Assembly (NCBI GenBank): GCA_039208735.1
Contig: JBCCQY010000002.1
Coordinates: forward strand, 96,001-160,000
Length of the DNA: 64,000 bases
Origin: Myxococcota bacterium
GTDB taxonomy: Bacteria; Myxococcota_A; UBA796; GCA-2862545
Direction of reading: 5' to 3'
Below the pieces are notes generated by a model. The model made no database searches, was not told the origin of the DNA, and saw nothing but the letters and a program-made list of their open reading frames with translations. Both the position numbers and the translations under genes were made by a program. Shown here in pieces: positions 9,921 through 21,191 of the stretch. Position 1 is the first letter of the stretch; each line of letters starts with the position of its first letter.

Positions 9921-11537
9921 CTACGAGTTCGAGAGTTGTTGGGGAGCCATCACGAGCGCCCAGGACCACCCCAGCAGCCCCAACGCGGCGCACCCGATGG
10001 CCAAAGGCCCCCAAGCCTCTCCAAGGCCAAGCAACGCCAGGGGCACGACGTGGCCGAGCCCAATGCCCAACCCCCAGTACGGCATCGCGAACCGGCCCCA
10101 GGTCATGTCCCGGGCCGCTCGGCGTGCAAGTTCCGACGGCGGAGCAACGGTGAGGTCAGCCACCAACGTGACGCCGACCGAGAGCAGTACCGCGACGATG
10201 AACGGCATCCAGGACCCGTCGAACACCGCCAAGGTGCCGAGCCCCAGTGCTGTGGCATGAAGTGCCACTTGCACTGGCAATGCTGGGCTTTGCCAAAGAT
10301 CTCGGCCTTCGGCCTGGGCGAACAAAAACGCCGTATACACCGCCGCCAACACCGCGGTAGGCAGCGTCAAGACGGCAAAGAAGGGGCGCAGGGCATCGGC
10401 GAGCCCAAGGTCTAAACCCCACAGCGGCGCCAGCTCCACCGCCGTCCAGCCGACCGAAGCGAACGCAAAGCCCGAAAGGATCCAGGCTGCGCGAGCAACC
10501 CAACTGCGCCATTGCGGTCGCACGAGCAGGTAGAAGAAGCGGTCGGGGCGGTCGAGATCGTAGACCAGCAGCCCCAACGTCACGAACAACATGACCAGCG
10601 CGACACCAAGGGCCGGCGCGACGGTGGACCACACCACCGGAGCCATCAGCCCTGCGGTCGCGAGCAACGTCTGCAGGGCCACCACGCCAAACACGCCGGC
10701 GGCGATGCCCTTGGTCACCATGTAGGTCGGAATGGGCCAATGCCAGGGCACGTGGTGACGTGAGGTATAGGCGACTTGGACCATGTGCTCGGCCATGCGC
10801 CCCCCAATGTGCAAGGGTCCTGACCGAGGTAGCCCCTGCGGATCGGGAACTCGGACGGGATACCGATCGTGGTCTTTGGTTTCGCGAGGGATCCCCGTTC
10901 GGGTGCCCACCGCACCGATGTGGTGGGGATCGTCAACCACATCCGCGAAGGCGAAACTCTTGGGTACGGCAGCGGCCGAAGGCCGAAGCGAAAGCTCGTT
11001 GCCTTCGATGTAGAACACCTTGGGGGCCGTGCCCTGCTCCGGCTTGCGCACCGTGACGTTGTGTTTGGCGAGGGTGCGGCTGATCTCGGACTCGGGATCA
11101 TCGAGGTCACCCGCAATGATCGCGTGTTCGGGGCACACGACGACACAGGCGGGTTCGAGCCCCACGTCCACGCGATGGGCGCAGTAGTGGCACTTCGCCG
11201 CGGTGTGGGTCTCAGGGTCGATATGGATGGCATCGTAAGGGCAAGCTTGCATGCAAGCCTTACAGCCGATGCAGGCATCCGAATCGAAGTCGACGATACC
11301 GTCGTCACGCTGCACCATGGCGCTTACGGGGCAGATGCGTACGCAGGGCGGATTGCTGCAGTGGTTGCAGCGCGTGACCTGAAAAGAGCGCCGCACATCG
11401 GGGTACTGACCGGCTTCGACCGCCTTTACCCAGGTTCGATGCACGCCGAGGGGCACCTGGTTTTCGCTCTTGCATGCCGTGCTGCACGCGTGGCAGCCGA
11501 TGCAAGAGCGGTTGTCCATCACGAAGCCAAAGTTCAT
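9921..11537 (-). CDS. Fused 4Fe-4S dicluster (NrfC/PsrB) + NrfD/PsrC membrane subunit
   Basis: CIGCHACSTAC, CNHCSNPPCVRICP, CIGCKACMQACP, CHYCAHR..PACVVVCP, then WHWPIPTY, DLDRPDRF, SWVARAAW and TM helices. Confidence 0.9.
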   Translation of the reverse strand: MNFGFVMDNRSCIGCHACSTACKSENQVPLGVHRTWVKAVEAGQYPDVRRSFQVTRCNHCSNPPCVRICPVSAMVQRDDGIVDFDSDACIGCKACMQACPYDAIHIDPETHTAAKCHYCAHRVDVGLEPACVVVCPEHAIIAGDLDDPESEISRTLAKHNVTVRKPEQGTAPKVFYIEGNELSLRPSAAAVPKSFAFADVVDDPHHIGAVGTRTGIPRETKDHDRYPVRVPDPQGLPRSGPLHIGGRMAEHMVQVAYTSRHHVPWHWPIPTYMVTKGIAAGVFGVVALQTLLATAGLMAPVVWSTVAPALGVALVMLFVTLGLLVYDLDRPDRFFYLLVRPQWRSWVARAAWILSGFAFASVGWTAVELAPLWGLDLGLADALRPFFAVLTLPTAVLAAVYTAFLFAQAEGRDLWQSPALPVQVALHATALGLGTLAVFDGSWMPFIVAVLLSVGVTLVADLTVAPPSELARRAARDMTWGRFAMPYWGLGIGLGHVVPLALLGLGEAWGPLAIGCAALGLLGWSWALVMAPQQLSNS

Positions 11538-11576
11538 CGCCTTCCCCTGGAGCCCGAGGCGGGTCGAGTGCACGTG

Positions 11577-11592
11577 AGCAAGGCCCGTGCCA
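11577..11592 (-). promoter_or_regulatory. sigma54 (-24/-12) promoter for the NrfCD-Mo-enzyme-TorD operon
   Basis: Minus strand reads TGGCACGGGCCTTGCT, matching the consensus TGGCACG-N4-TTGCW, 40 bp upstream of the start. Confidence 0.8.
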
Positions 11593-11617
11593 GCCTTGGC
11601 ACGAGTACGGCGCATTG

Positions 11618-11633
11618 TGGCACGGGAGCTGCA
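11618..11633 (+). promoter_or_regulatory. sigma54 promoter for the SulP-persulfide dioxygenase gene
   Basis: TGGCACGGGAGCTGCA (GG-N10-GC); a weaker copy TGGCACGAGTACGGC at 11597-11611. Confidence 0.65.
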
Positions 11634-11646
11634 CTGCACCCCCACC

Positions 11647-14346
11647 ATGAATGGCATGGTCGGCTTCGGACAATCCGCTCGAACCCTATGGAATGCGTGG
11701 CGCGACGAGTTCCGCACCGCTCCCTGGGGCCGGGAGTTCCTCGCCGCGCTCACCGTGACGTCGCTTAGCGTGCCCCAGGGCGTGGCGTACGCCCTCATCG
11801 CAGGGCTCCCTCCGGCTGTCGGGCTGATTGCAGGCGCCGTTCCCGCCATTGTGGGTTCGTTGTTTCGCAGTTCGCGCCATGTGGTGTCTGGACCCACCAA
11901 TGCCCTGTCTCTCCTCGTAGGGACCACCATCGCAGCGCAGTACGACGATCCGGTGGTGGCCGCCGCAACGCTGGCGGGCCTCGTTGGGCTGCTGCAGATC
12001 CTCGCGGGCGTGCTCCGCTTGGGCGCCGTGGTCGACTACGTCTCGGCCGCTGTAGTGACCGGCTACGTCACCGGGGCGGGCATCCTCATTGGCATCGGCC
12101 AGCTGCCCAACCTCACCGGCACGCCGAGCCTTCGCGGTGACCTCGTCACCCAGATCAGCCACTGGTTCACCACGCTCCCCGATGCCCACGGGCCCTCCCT
12201 GGCCCTCGGTTTGAGCACGGCCGTCACGATTCTCGTCTTGCGACGGTTCATTCAGAAGAGCCTGGCTGCCCTCATCACCGTCGCGTTGGGGGTGGTGGTC
12301 TCGGTGGCGCTGGGCCTCAAGAACCACGGCGTGGCCCTCGTCGGCGACCTCGCCCGCATTCCCGCGGGACTGCCTCCCTTGGTGCTTCCCGATGTGTCGT
12401 TGGTCGCCGCCCTCATGCCCGTCGCCCTTGCCGGGGTCCTGCTTTCGTTGGTCGAATCCACATCGGTGGCCCGCTCGATTGCCGGCCGGTCCGGCCAATC
12501 CCTCGATTTGAGTCTCGAGTTCTTCGGGATGGGCCTCGCGAATCTCACATCAGGTCTTTTCGGCTCATTTCCGGTCAGCGGCAGCCTCTCCCGATCCGCC
12601 ATCAATGAGCAATCTGGAGCGCAAACGCGGTTCGCGGGTGCGCTTTCGGGGGTGCTCATGCTGGGCGTGATGCTGGGGCTGGGGCCCCTGGTCGATCGCA
12701 TGCCCATCGCCAGCCTCGCGGGCCTCTTGGTCGTCATCGCGGCCGACCTCGTCGATCTCAAGCGCATTCGCCGGTTGCTTAGGGCCACCCATTCGGACCG
12801 GTTTGCCTTCCTCGGCACGCTCGTCGGGACCTGGCTGCTTCCGCTGGATCAGGCCATCGCGGTGGGCGTTGGCGTGAACGTGATCCTCTTCCTGCGTCAG
12901 TCTCAGCTGTTGCTGGTCCGCGAGCTGGTCGTCGACGACACCTGGCGGCTTCGCGAGGTGGAACCGGACCCCATGGGCCGCCCCCTCCCCAACCAATGCC
13001 CCGCCGTGCGCATCCTCCACCTCGAAGGCCCCCTGTTCTTTGGGGCGGCCGGGGGCCTCGATCGGGCACTCCGTCCGATCGTCGCCGATCCGGCCGCCCG
13101 ATTCGTCGTGCTGCGCCTAAAGCGCACCCAGGGCCTGGATTTCACCACTGCCGAGGTGTTTGGTCGGGTGCACCAACAGCTCGCCGCCCAGGGCCGCACC
13201 TTGCTCATGGTCGGACTGCGAAAACCGGCGGTGGACACCCTCGACCGTTCCGGCGTGGGGGAAGCGTTGGGCGAACAGCAGGTCTACCCGACCCAACCTG
13301 GCTGGTTCATCGCGATGAACGAGGCGCTCGCCCACGCGATGCGCCACTTGCCCGCCGAAGACCAAGACGAGTCAAGCCGGCTCGCCACCTACCTTCGGCT
13401 TCACCGGACGTCTCAATCTGAATCAAACCCTCGAGTCGTTGTGAACCCATCTGATTCACCCATCCCGCGGAGGACTCCCATGCGCATCGAAGCGTTCTTC
13501 GACGATGCCACGTGCTCACTCACCTACGTGGTGTCGGATCCTAAGACCCGCGACGCCGTCATCCTCGACCCGGTGCTGGACTTCGATCCCCAGTGGGTGA
13601 ACGTCACCGAGTCCTCGGTGGAGCGAGTGGTGAAGTACGTCCAGGACCAGCAGTTAAACGTGAGGTTTATCCTTGATACCCACGTACATGCGGACCACTT
13701 CTCCGGCACCCAAGCGCTTAAGGCCCGATTGGGCGGTGTGGTGGGCATTGGCCGGCATGTGGCCGCCGTCCAACGCACGTTCAAAGAGATCTTCAACTGG
13801 CCTGAGGCCTTTGCCACGGACGGGCGACAATTCGACGTGTTGCTGGAAGATGGAGTACCGCTCCTCGCAGGCTCGCTCACCGTCGTCCCGATCCACACCC
13901 CGGGACACACGCCTGCGTGCCTGACCTACCACATCGGGGACGCGCTCTTCACGGGCGACACCATGTTCATGCCGGACTTTGGGACCGGACGCTGCGACTT
14001 CCCTGGGGGCTCGGCCGAACAGCTCTACGAGAGCATCCAAAAGCTCTACCGGTTCCCCGACGACACCCGCGTGTTCGTCGGCCATGACTACCAACCCGGA
14101 GGCCGCGAACTGCGGTACGCGACCACCATCGGCGAGGCCAAGCGCCACAACAAACAGCTTCGAGCCGACACGACCAAGGCCGAATTCGTGGCCTGGCGAT
14201 CCGCCAGGGACCGCACGCTCAAGCCACCGAAGCTCATCTTGCAGAGCCTTCAGGTGAACGCCAATGCAGGCCATCTGCCTGAACCCGAAGACAACGGACG
14301 CCGCTACCTCCGCATGCCGTTGGGGGTCTTCGGCCGACCGCTTTAG
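11647..14346 (+). CDS. SulP/SLC26 anion transporter-STAS in frame with MBL-fold persulfide dioxygenase (ETHE1/Blh type; internal start 13480)
   Basis: VPQGVAYALIAGLPP, SGPTNA, GSLSRSAIN, STAS LEGPLFFGAA..LDFT; then THVHADH, PGHTPAC, GDTMFMPDFGTGRCDFPGG, VGHDY; start 11647 or 11656. Confidence 0.85.
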   Translation: MNGMVGFGQSARTLWNAWRDEFRTAPWGREFLAALTVTSLSVPQGVAYALIAGLPPAVGLIAGAVPAIVGSLFRSSRHVVSGPTNALSLLVGTTIAAQYDDPVVAAATLAGLVGLLQILAGVLRLGAVVDYVSAAVVTGYVTGAGILIGIGQLPNLTGTPSLRGDLVTQISHWFTTLPDAHGPSLALGLSTAVTILVLRRFIQKSLAALITVALGVVVSVALGLKNHGVALVGDLARIPAGLPPLVLPDVSLVAALMPVALAGVLLSLVESTSVARSIAGRSGQSLDLSLEFFGMGLANLTSGLFGSFPVSGSLSRSAINEQSGAQTRFAGALSGVLMLGVMLGLGPLVDRMPIASLAGLLVVIAADLVDLKRIRRLLRATHSDRFAFLGTLVGTWLLPLDQAIAVGVGVNVILFLRQSQLLLVRELVVDDTWRLREVEPDPMGRPLPNQCPAVRILHLEGPLFFGAAGGLDRALRPIVADPAARFVVLRLKRTQGLDFTTAEVFGRVHQQLAAQGRTLLMVGLRKPAVDTLDRSGVGEALGEQQVYPTQPGWFIAMNEALAHAMRHLPAEDQDESSRLATYLRLHRTSQSESNPRVVVNPSDSPIPRRTPMRIEAFFDDATCSLTYVVSDPKTRDAVILDPVLDFDPQWVNVTESSVERVVKYVQDQQLNVRFILDTHVHADHFSGTQALKARLGGVVGIGRHVAAVQRTFKEIFNWPEAFATDGRQFDVLLEDGVPLLAGSLTVVPIHTPGHTPACLTYHIGDALFTGDTMFMPDFGTGRCDFPGGSAEQLYESIQKLYRFPDDTRVFVGHDYQPGGRELRYATTIGEAKRHNKQLRADTTKAEFVAWRSARDRTLKPPKLILQSLQVNANAGHLPEPEDNGRRYLRMPLGVFGRPL

Positions 14347-16644
<2,298 letters not shown>

Positions 16645-16678
16645 GCAGCAAGCCTGGCCCGGGAGGAGGGTTCGCCAC

Positions 16679-19168
16679 TCAAGAGGCGAACCACCTCCGA
16701 GAATACTCGATGGCGAGCCTCGGATCGGCAGAAAGGGTGTCGAATCGAGCCGCCCACTCAGCAAATGCGAGGGCATCCTTTTTGGCGACCACCTTCACAA
16801 TCTCGATCGTCTGATCGTTGGCCTCGTACGTTTTCGGCAACGGCTCGAGTCGGGACAACGCCTCTCTGGACTTTCCGTTTCCGACGAGGGCCAGGGCGTG
16901 GAACGCCGAAACAAGCGGGTAAGTGGTTGGATCATCGGGCAGGCAGGTTTCGAGGGCAAGCTCCAGGTACTCCAACGCCAAGGCGAACTGTCCCCGCTTG
17001 AGTTGCAGTTGTCCAAGGCTGAAATTCGCTTCCCCAACCATGTAGGCCCGACCGAGACGACGACCGAGTTCACGAGCCTCCACAATGTGCTCCTCGGCCA
17101 TGGTTTGGTCGGGCTCCATCGACGCACAATTGAGCAACGTGTGGAAGAGCAGTTGGCGCGTCGCATGCTCGCGAGCCACGGGAAGCAATTCGCTGAACCG
17201 CTGGTGGGCGGCTTCGTTTCGACCCAATTCCCCGAGCACCATGCCCTCACACATCTTGAGCACGACCCAGCTCGAGGTCCCTTCGTATGCGGTGACTTGA
17301 TCGAGTTGGCGGCGGACGAACGACAGTGCTTCGTCAAGCCGATTGAGCGAAACGAGCCCGTTGACCACAATATTCGAGAGCGCCACGCGCTGCTCAAGGG
17401 GAGCGTCCCCCAGCTGCGGCATTCCAGTCAGGGCGACGGTCACGGCTCGATTCGCATCGCCCGTGAGATAAAACGAACGCGCCACACTATCGAGCACCTT
17501 GGCTCGAAGTCTCGGAGACAGTTCTTGAGTTTCGGCGTACGTTTGCAATGCCTCTGCCTCAGAGGCCAACGCGACCACACCGTCTTGCATTCCCGTGACG
17601 TTCACGACATGGGTCCACACGTCCACAATGACGTCGGCGTCGCCTTCGTTCAAGGCTCGGTCGAGTGCGGATCGCAATGCCGGAAGCGCGCGGTCGGCCG
17701 AATCCCCTTTCAGCGTTCGTACGGCTTGTCCCACGGCTACCCGAACGCCGAGTCTCGGCGAAAGTTCGTCTGGGTTGAGTGTATCGATCCACCCAAGCTC
17801 GCCTCGATGGGGGCCAAAGTACGCTTGGTGCTGCGTCAAGGCCAACGCCAGGAGTGCTCGCTCGTCGGCAGTATCGACGCGTGGGGTAGCCTCAAGCCAT
17901 CGAGCCTTGCCTTTTCGAAGCCTTCCCAGCACGTCCTCTGACGGTGTACCAAACACGAGTTCCTCGGCTTGCTGACAGGCCAACTGCACAAATCTCTGCC
18001 AAACCTCGGCCGAAAGCTGCTGTCGAATCACCTGACGAACCACGTCAAACAAGAACCACCGCTCACCATCGCGCAACAGCAATGACCCGTTCAGCAGCTC
18101 CTCAACGTCATCGAGCACGTCACGCCCCGCAATGTGCTCGATGTCATTTAGGTCAAACGGACCCGGAAACGTCGCGAGAAGATTCAGTACCTCACGGGCC
18201 GAGGGGTCGAGCCGGGCGGCTGCGCCATCGATCACATTCGCCAAGGTTCTCTTTCGTCGTTCGATCAACGCCCCGTCTTCGAGGGAGGCCGCCAAACGAC
18301 TCAACGGAATCCGACGCGCTAACGAAGCGGTAAGCTCGATGGCGAGGGGAATCCCGCTGGCCAGCTCCAGCACGGGACGGAGCACCGCGTCGCTCAACGT
18401 TGACGGATGCAGCTCAGACGGGGCCCTGCGTCGAAACAGTGTGGCGGCATCGGCGTGGGTGAGCGGGCCCAGGGGCAGTTGGGGCACGAGCGATGGAGCC
18501 TGACGCGCCGTGACGACGAAGAACGTGGAGCCCAACCGTGCCCAGTCCGCAATCAGCTCGAAGGCTTCGTCGGACAGTTCGTCTGCACCATCGACGATGA
18601 TGAGGCCCGCATTGGCCACCGGCAGCCCGTACGCCACCATGCCTTCGTCCGCCTTGACCGGTTCGAGTTCGATGGCCTCGGCCACCAACGCCGTCAGCTC
18701 TCCTCGTGATTGGGTGCCTGCTGCATCGATCCAAATGGTTTTCCCACTCTTACGCGCTGTCGCCCGGGCAAGCCTCGTCTTGCCGATCCCTCCTAAACCG
18801 ACCACCACACACCATTGCTCCTCCAACAAAATGCGTTGGAGTTCCGAAAGCGCGACGCTTCGTCCCACCAAGCCGTGGTCGGGATCGTCGTAGCGATACC
18901 CAACCCCCACGACCGTCGAGATTAACGAAGCATCCTCTCCCAGTTTGCCCCTGAGACGGGCCACCAATTTGTCGATCGCCCGAGTCCGAATTCGAGGGGA
19001 ATAGGACCAAACGTCGGCAAGCAACTCTCGACGGGACACCGTGACACCCGGCCGGGTCGCCAGGTGTCGCAAGAAATCATGCTCGAGTTTGGTCAGGCCG
19101 ACCTGTTCATCGAGTCGCTGGAGCACCAAGCGGTCATCATCCAAGTTCCACGAACCGAATCTTGCCAC
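16679..19168 (-). CDS. Winged-helix (OmpR-type) + P-loop NTPase (STAND/NB-ARC-like) + TPR transcriptional regulator
   Basis: LTKLEHDFL..SRRELLADVW..TVVGVGYR; LVGR, GLGGIGKT, IIVDGAD, GIPLAIEL; helical C-terminus; GTG 19168 after GAGG. Confidence 0.85.
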   Translation of the reverse strand: MARFGSWNLDDDRLVLQRLDEQVGLTKLEHDFLRHLATRPGVTVSRRELLADVWSYSPRIRTRAIDKLVARLRGKLGEDASLISTVVGVGYRYDDPDHGLVGRSVALSELQRILLEEQWCVVVGLGGIGKTRLARATARKSGKTIWIDAAGTQSRGELTALVAEAIELEPVKADEGMVAYGLPVANAGLIIVDGADELSDEAFELIADWARLGSTFFVVTARQAPSLVPQLPLGPLTHADAATLFRRRAPSELHPSTLSDAVLRPVLELASGIPLAIELTASLARRIPLSRLAASLEDGALIERRKRTLANVIDGAAARLDPSAREVLNLLATFPGPFDLNDIEHIAGRDVLDDVEELLNGSLLLRDGERWFLFDVVRQVIRQQLSAEVWQRFVQLACQQAEELVFGTPSEDVLGRLRKGKARWLEATPRVDTADERALLALALTQHQAYFGPHRGELGWIDTLNPDELSPRLGVRVAVGQAVRTLKGDSADRALPALRSALDRALNEGDADVIVDVWTHVVNVTGMQDGVVALASEAEALQTYAETQELSPRLRAKVLDSVARSFYLTGDANRAVTVALTGMPQLGDAPLEQRVALSNIVVNGLVSLNRLDEALSFVRRQLDQVTAYEGTSSWVVLKMCEGMVLGELGRNEAAHQRFSELLPVAREHATRQLLFHTLLNCASMEPDQTMAEEHIVEARELGRRLGRAYMVGEANFSLGQLQLKRGQFALALEYLELALETCLPDDPTTYPLVSAFHALALVGNGKSREALSRLEPLPKTYEANDQTIEIVKVVAKKDALAFAEWAARFDTLSADPRLAIEYSRRWFAS

Positions 19169-19288
19169 TATATCCTCATCCTGGTCCGGACTTCCCAAAG
19201 GGCAGCGCATTCTTTAACGCTATTGGCGCACCAGGTCTTCGAAGCACAGGATAAGTCGAATGCCTCATCGAGCCTCAGGGCCAAGCGA

Positions 19289-19588
19289 TCATCCGAGGCC
19301 ATCAGGCAGAAGCTTGTGTAGTGCGTCGAGATAGGCGAGAAACGCGTCACGGCCAGGCTCGGTCAACGAGACCCGCGTCTGGGGCTTTCGTTCGACGAAC
19401 CGTTTTTCGACTGCGACATAGCCCGCCTTCTCGAGCTTCCCGAGGTGGCTGGCCAAGTTTCCATCGGTCGCCCCGAGCTGGTCACGCAGCACAGTGAATG
19501 CAATTCGCTCGACGGGAATCAATGCGCTCATGATGGCGAGCCGAAGGGGGGCATGAATCACCGGATCAAGGGCCTTCGGGTCACCCAC
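19289..19588 (-). CDS. Winged-helix transcriptional regulator (ArsR/MarR-like HTH_34 type)
   Basis: LDPVIHAPLRLAIMS..TDGNLASHLGKLEKAGYV..KPQT..LTEPGR. Confidence 0.9.
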   Translation of the reverse strand: MGDPKALDPVIHAPLRLAIMSALIPVERIAFTVLRDQLGATDGNLASHLGKLEKAGYVAVEKRFVERKPQTRVSLTEPGRDAFLAYLDALHKLLPDGLG

Positions 19589-20153
19589 GGGCCGCCCGCA
19601 TCATCCAGATGCCCGGCACGACGTAGCCGAGCAGGAGGACGACGGCGAACAGCGCAAACTGAAGCTGCCAAGTAAGGAACCAGCTCATTATTCCCGCGAT
19701 GAGAAACAGCACCGCAGACCCGGTCACGGGACGATAACGATACAGCGCCCCGGCGGTGGCCAGCGCGACCGCGAGGATCGAGCAGAGAATCGGAACAATG
19801 GCGGCGGGGGGGAGCATGCCAGACGCGGGACCTCCGAACGCCAGCGCCCCCATGGCCAAGCCTGTGAACAGCCAGGTCCGGGCCTCGACACGATTGGCGT
19901 AGGTGAAGACGCGATTGGCCTGTTGGCGGCCACGGAAGATGGAGTACGCCACCGCGGCGGGGGTCGTCATGAACCACGCCATCCACGGCTGGGAAAAGCC
20001 CCATCGATCGAGCATGACCTGGCCGAGGAGCGCCGCAATCACCACGACCGCCCAGACGACATAGATGTCTCCGGTGCGAATCCGATCATGGCGCGATCGT
20101 TCTACCATCTCGCGGATTGCTGCGAGGTGGCTTGCGGCGTCCTCGGTCTTCAT
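19581..20153 (-). CDS. Multi-pass membrane protein
   Basis: About 6 hydrophobic segments; translationally coupled to its neighbours. Confidence 0.75.
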   Translation of the reverse strand: MKTEDAASHLAAIREMVERSRHDRIRTGDIYVVWAVVVIAALLGQVMLDRWGFSQPWMAWFMTTPAAVAYSIFRGRQQANRVFTYANRVEARTWLFTGLAMGALAFGGPASGMLPPAAIVPILCSILAVALATAGALYRYRPVTGSAVLFLIAGIMSWFLTWQLQFALFAVVLLLGYVVPGIWMMRAARG

Positions 20154-20154
20154 T

Positions 20155-20688
20155 TCAGGCTCCCTGGCCAAGCGCTCCCAAGTACACCATGACCCCTGCC
20201 CTCACACTGGGGCCTCGAACCACATCGAGGACTCCGCGCCCACCTTGGCTGCCGAACTCAACGGAAAGCGCGGTGCGGGGAGCAAGGCGCACCTCGATTC
20301 CGTAGTGCCCCCCGCCGCCCAGGGCAGGCTCCCCTTGTGCGTCAACCCCGACCAACAGTCCCCCTCCTCCTACAACGCGCAGAATGCCGAGGAGCACAGG
20401 GCCACGGCCAAACAGCGAGATCCCTCCCATCCACACCACGGGATCGGCCGAAGACACGGCAAGGCCGCGTAGGCGCGCGCCGAAGAACTGCCCGGCCCGC
20501 CTGCCGAATGGCACATCGAGACGGATCCCGTACCCCGTACCCCGACCCAGGGTCCCGCCATCGGCACCAAAGCCCAGGCCCCGCCATTTGCGGTTGATCG
20601 CGGCGACCTCCTGGGGCGATGCCAATGGACCCGTCGTCACGTCAGGCGGACTTGCCAGGGCGGTGAGGGCAAGGAAGCAAGAAAACAC
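20155..20688 (-). CDS. Secreted, probably small outer-membrane beta-barrel protein
   Basis: Signal peptide (..LALTALA-S), Gly-rich amphipathic strands, ending VRAGVMVYL; GGAGG before GTG 20688. Confidence 0.6.
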   Translation of the reverse strand: MFSCFLALTALASPPDVTTGPLASPQEVAAINRKWRGLGFGADGGTLGRGTGYGIRLDVPFGRRAGQFFGARLRGLAVSSADPVVWMGGISLFGRGPVLLGILRVVGGGGLLVGVDAQGEPALGGGGHYGIEVRLAPRTALSVEFGSQGGRGVLDVVRGPSVRAGVMVYLGALGQGA

Positions 20689-20703
20689 ATCGACCTCCAA
20701 CTT

Positions 20704-20731
20704 TTCAAAGTACTTTGAAGTGCAAAGTATA
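20704..20731. promoter_or_regulatory. Operator palindromes over the promoter of the three-gene regulator operon
   Basis: TTCAAAGTACTTTGAA (20704-20719) and TACTTTG-N5-CAAAGTA (20711-20729); TATACT -10-like box on the minus strand at 20726-20731. Confidence 0.75.
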
Positions 20732-21191
20732 GCAGAGACGAGCGTCGTGGATGCACATTCAATCGGATGGAGGCCATATGTAGGTGTGGCTCGCGTGTGG
20801 AGTAGCGTCGGACGCGTATCGGGGGCGCTCCGTGTTTGCCGTTTCAGGCCGAACCCTACTGCGGAACCTCTACGCGCCCTGCCCCCGCGATATCCGCATT
20901 CCGCTTGAACGGGTTCGCTACGTCAGCGGGACTTTGTGTACGGCATGCGCAAGAGCCTGGAAACATCGCTCACAGAGGTGGTGATCGTGGTCCGCCCCGA
21001 AGGTTCCGTGACGACGGCGGTACTTCGTAGGGCGGCCACACTCACACCGATGTCGATCCCGACGCATCGGGGCTCGCCGGCACTGACGTTCGAAGAGTGC
21101 GTCCAAAAGGTCTCCCGCAGCCTGGGCCAATGTCCCAGGTTGGATCGGGAGAGTCCCGTCCGTCAACCTCGGCGTCCAACGAGCCGGACCA

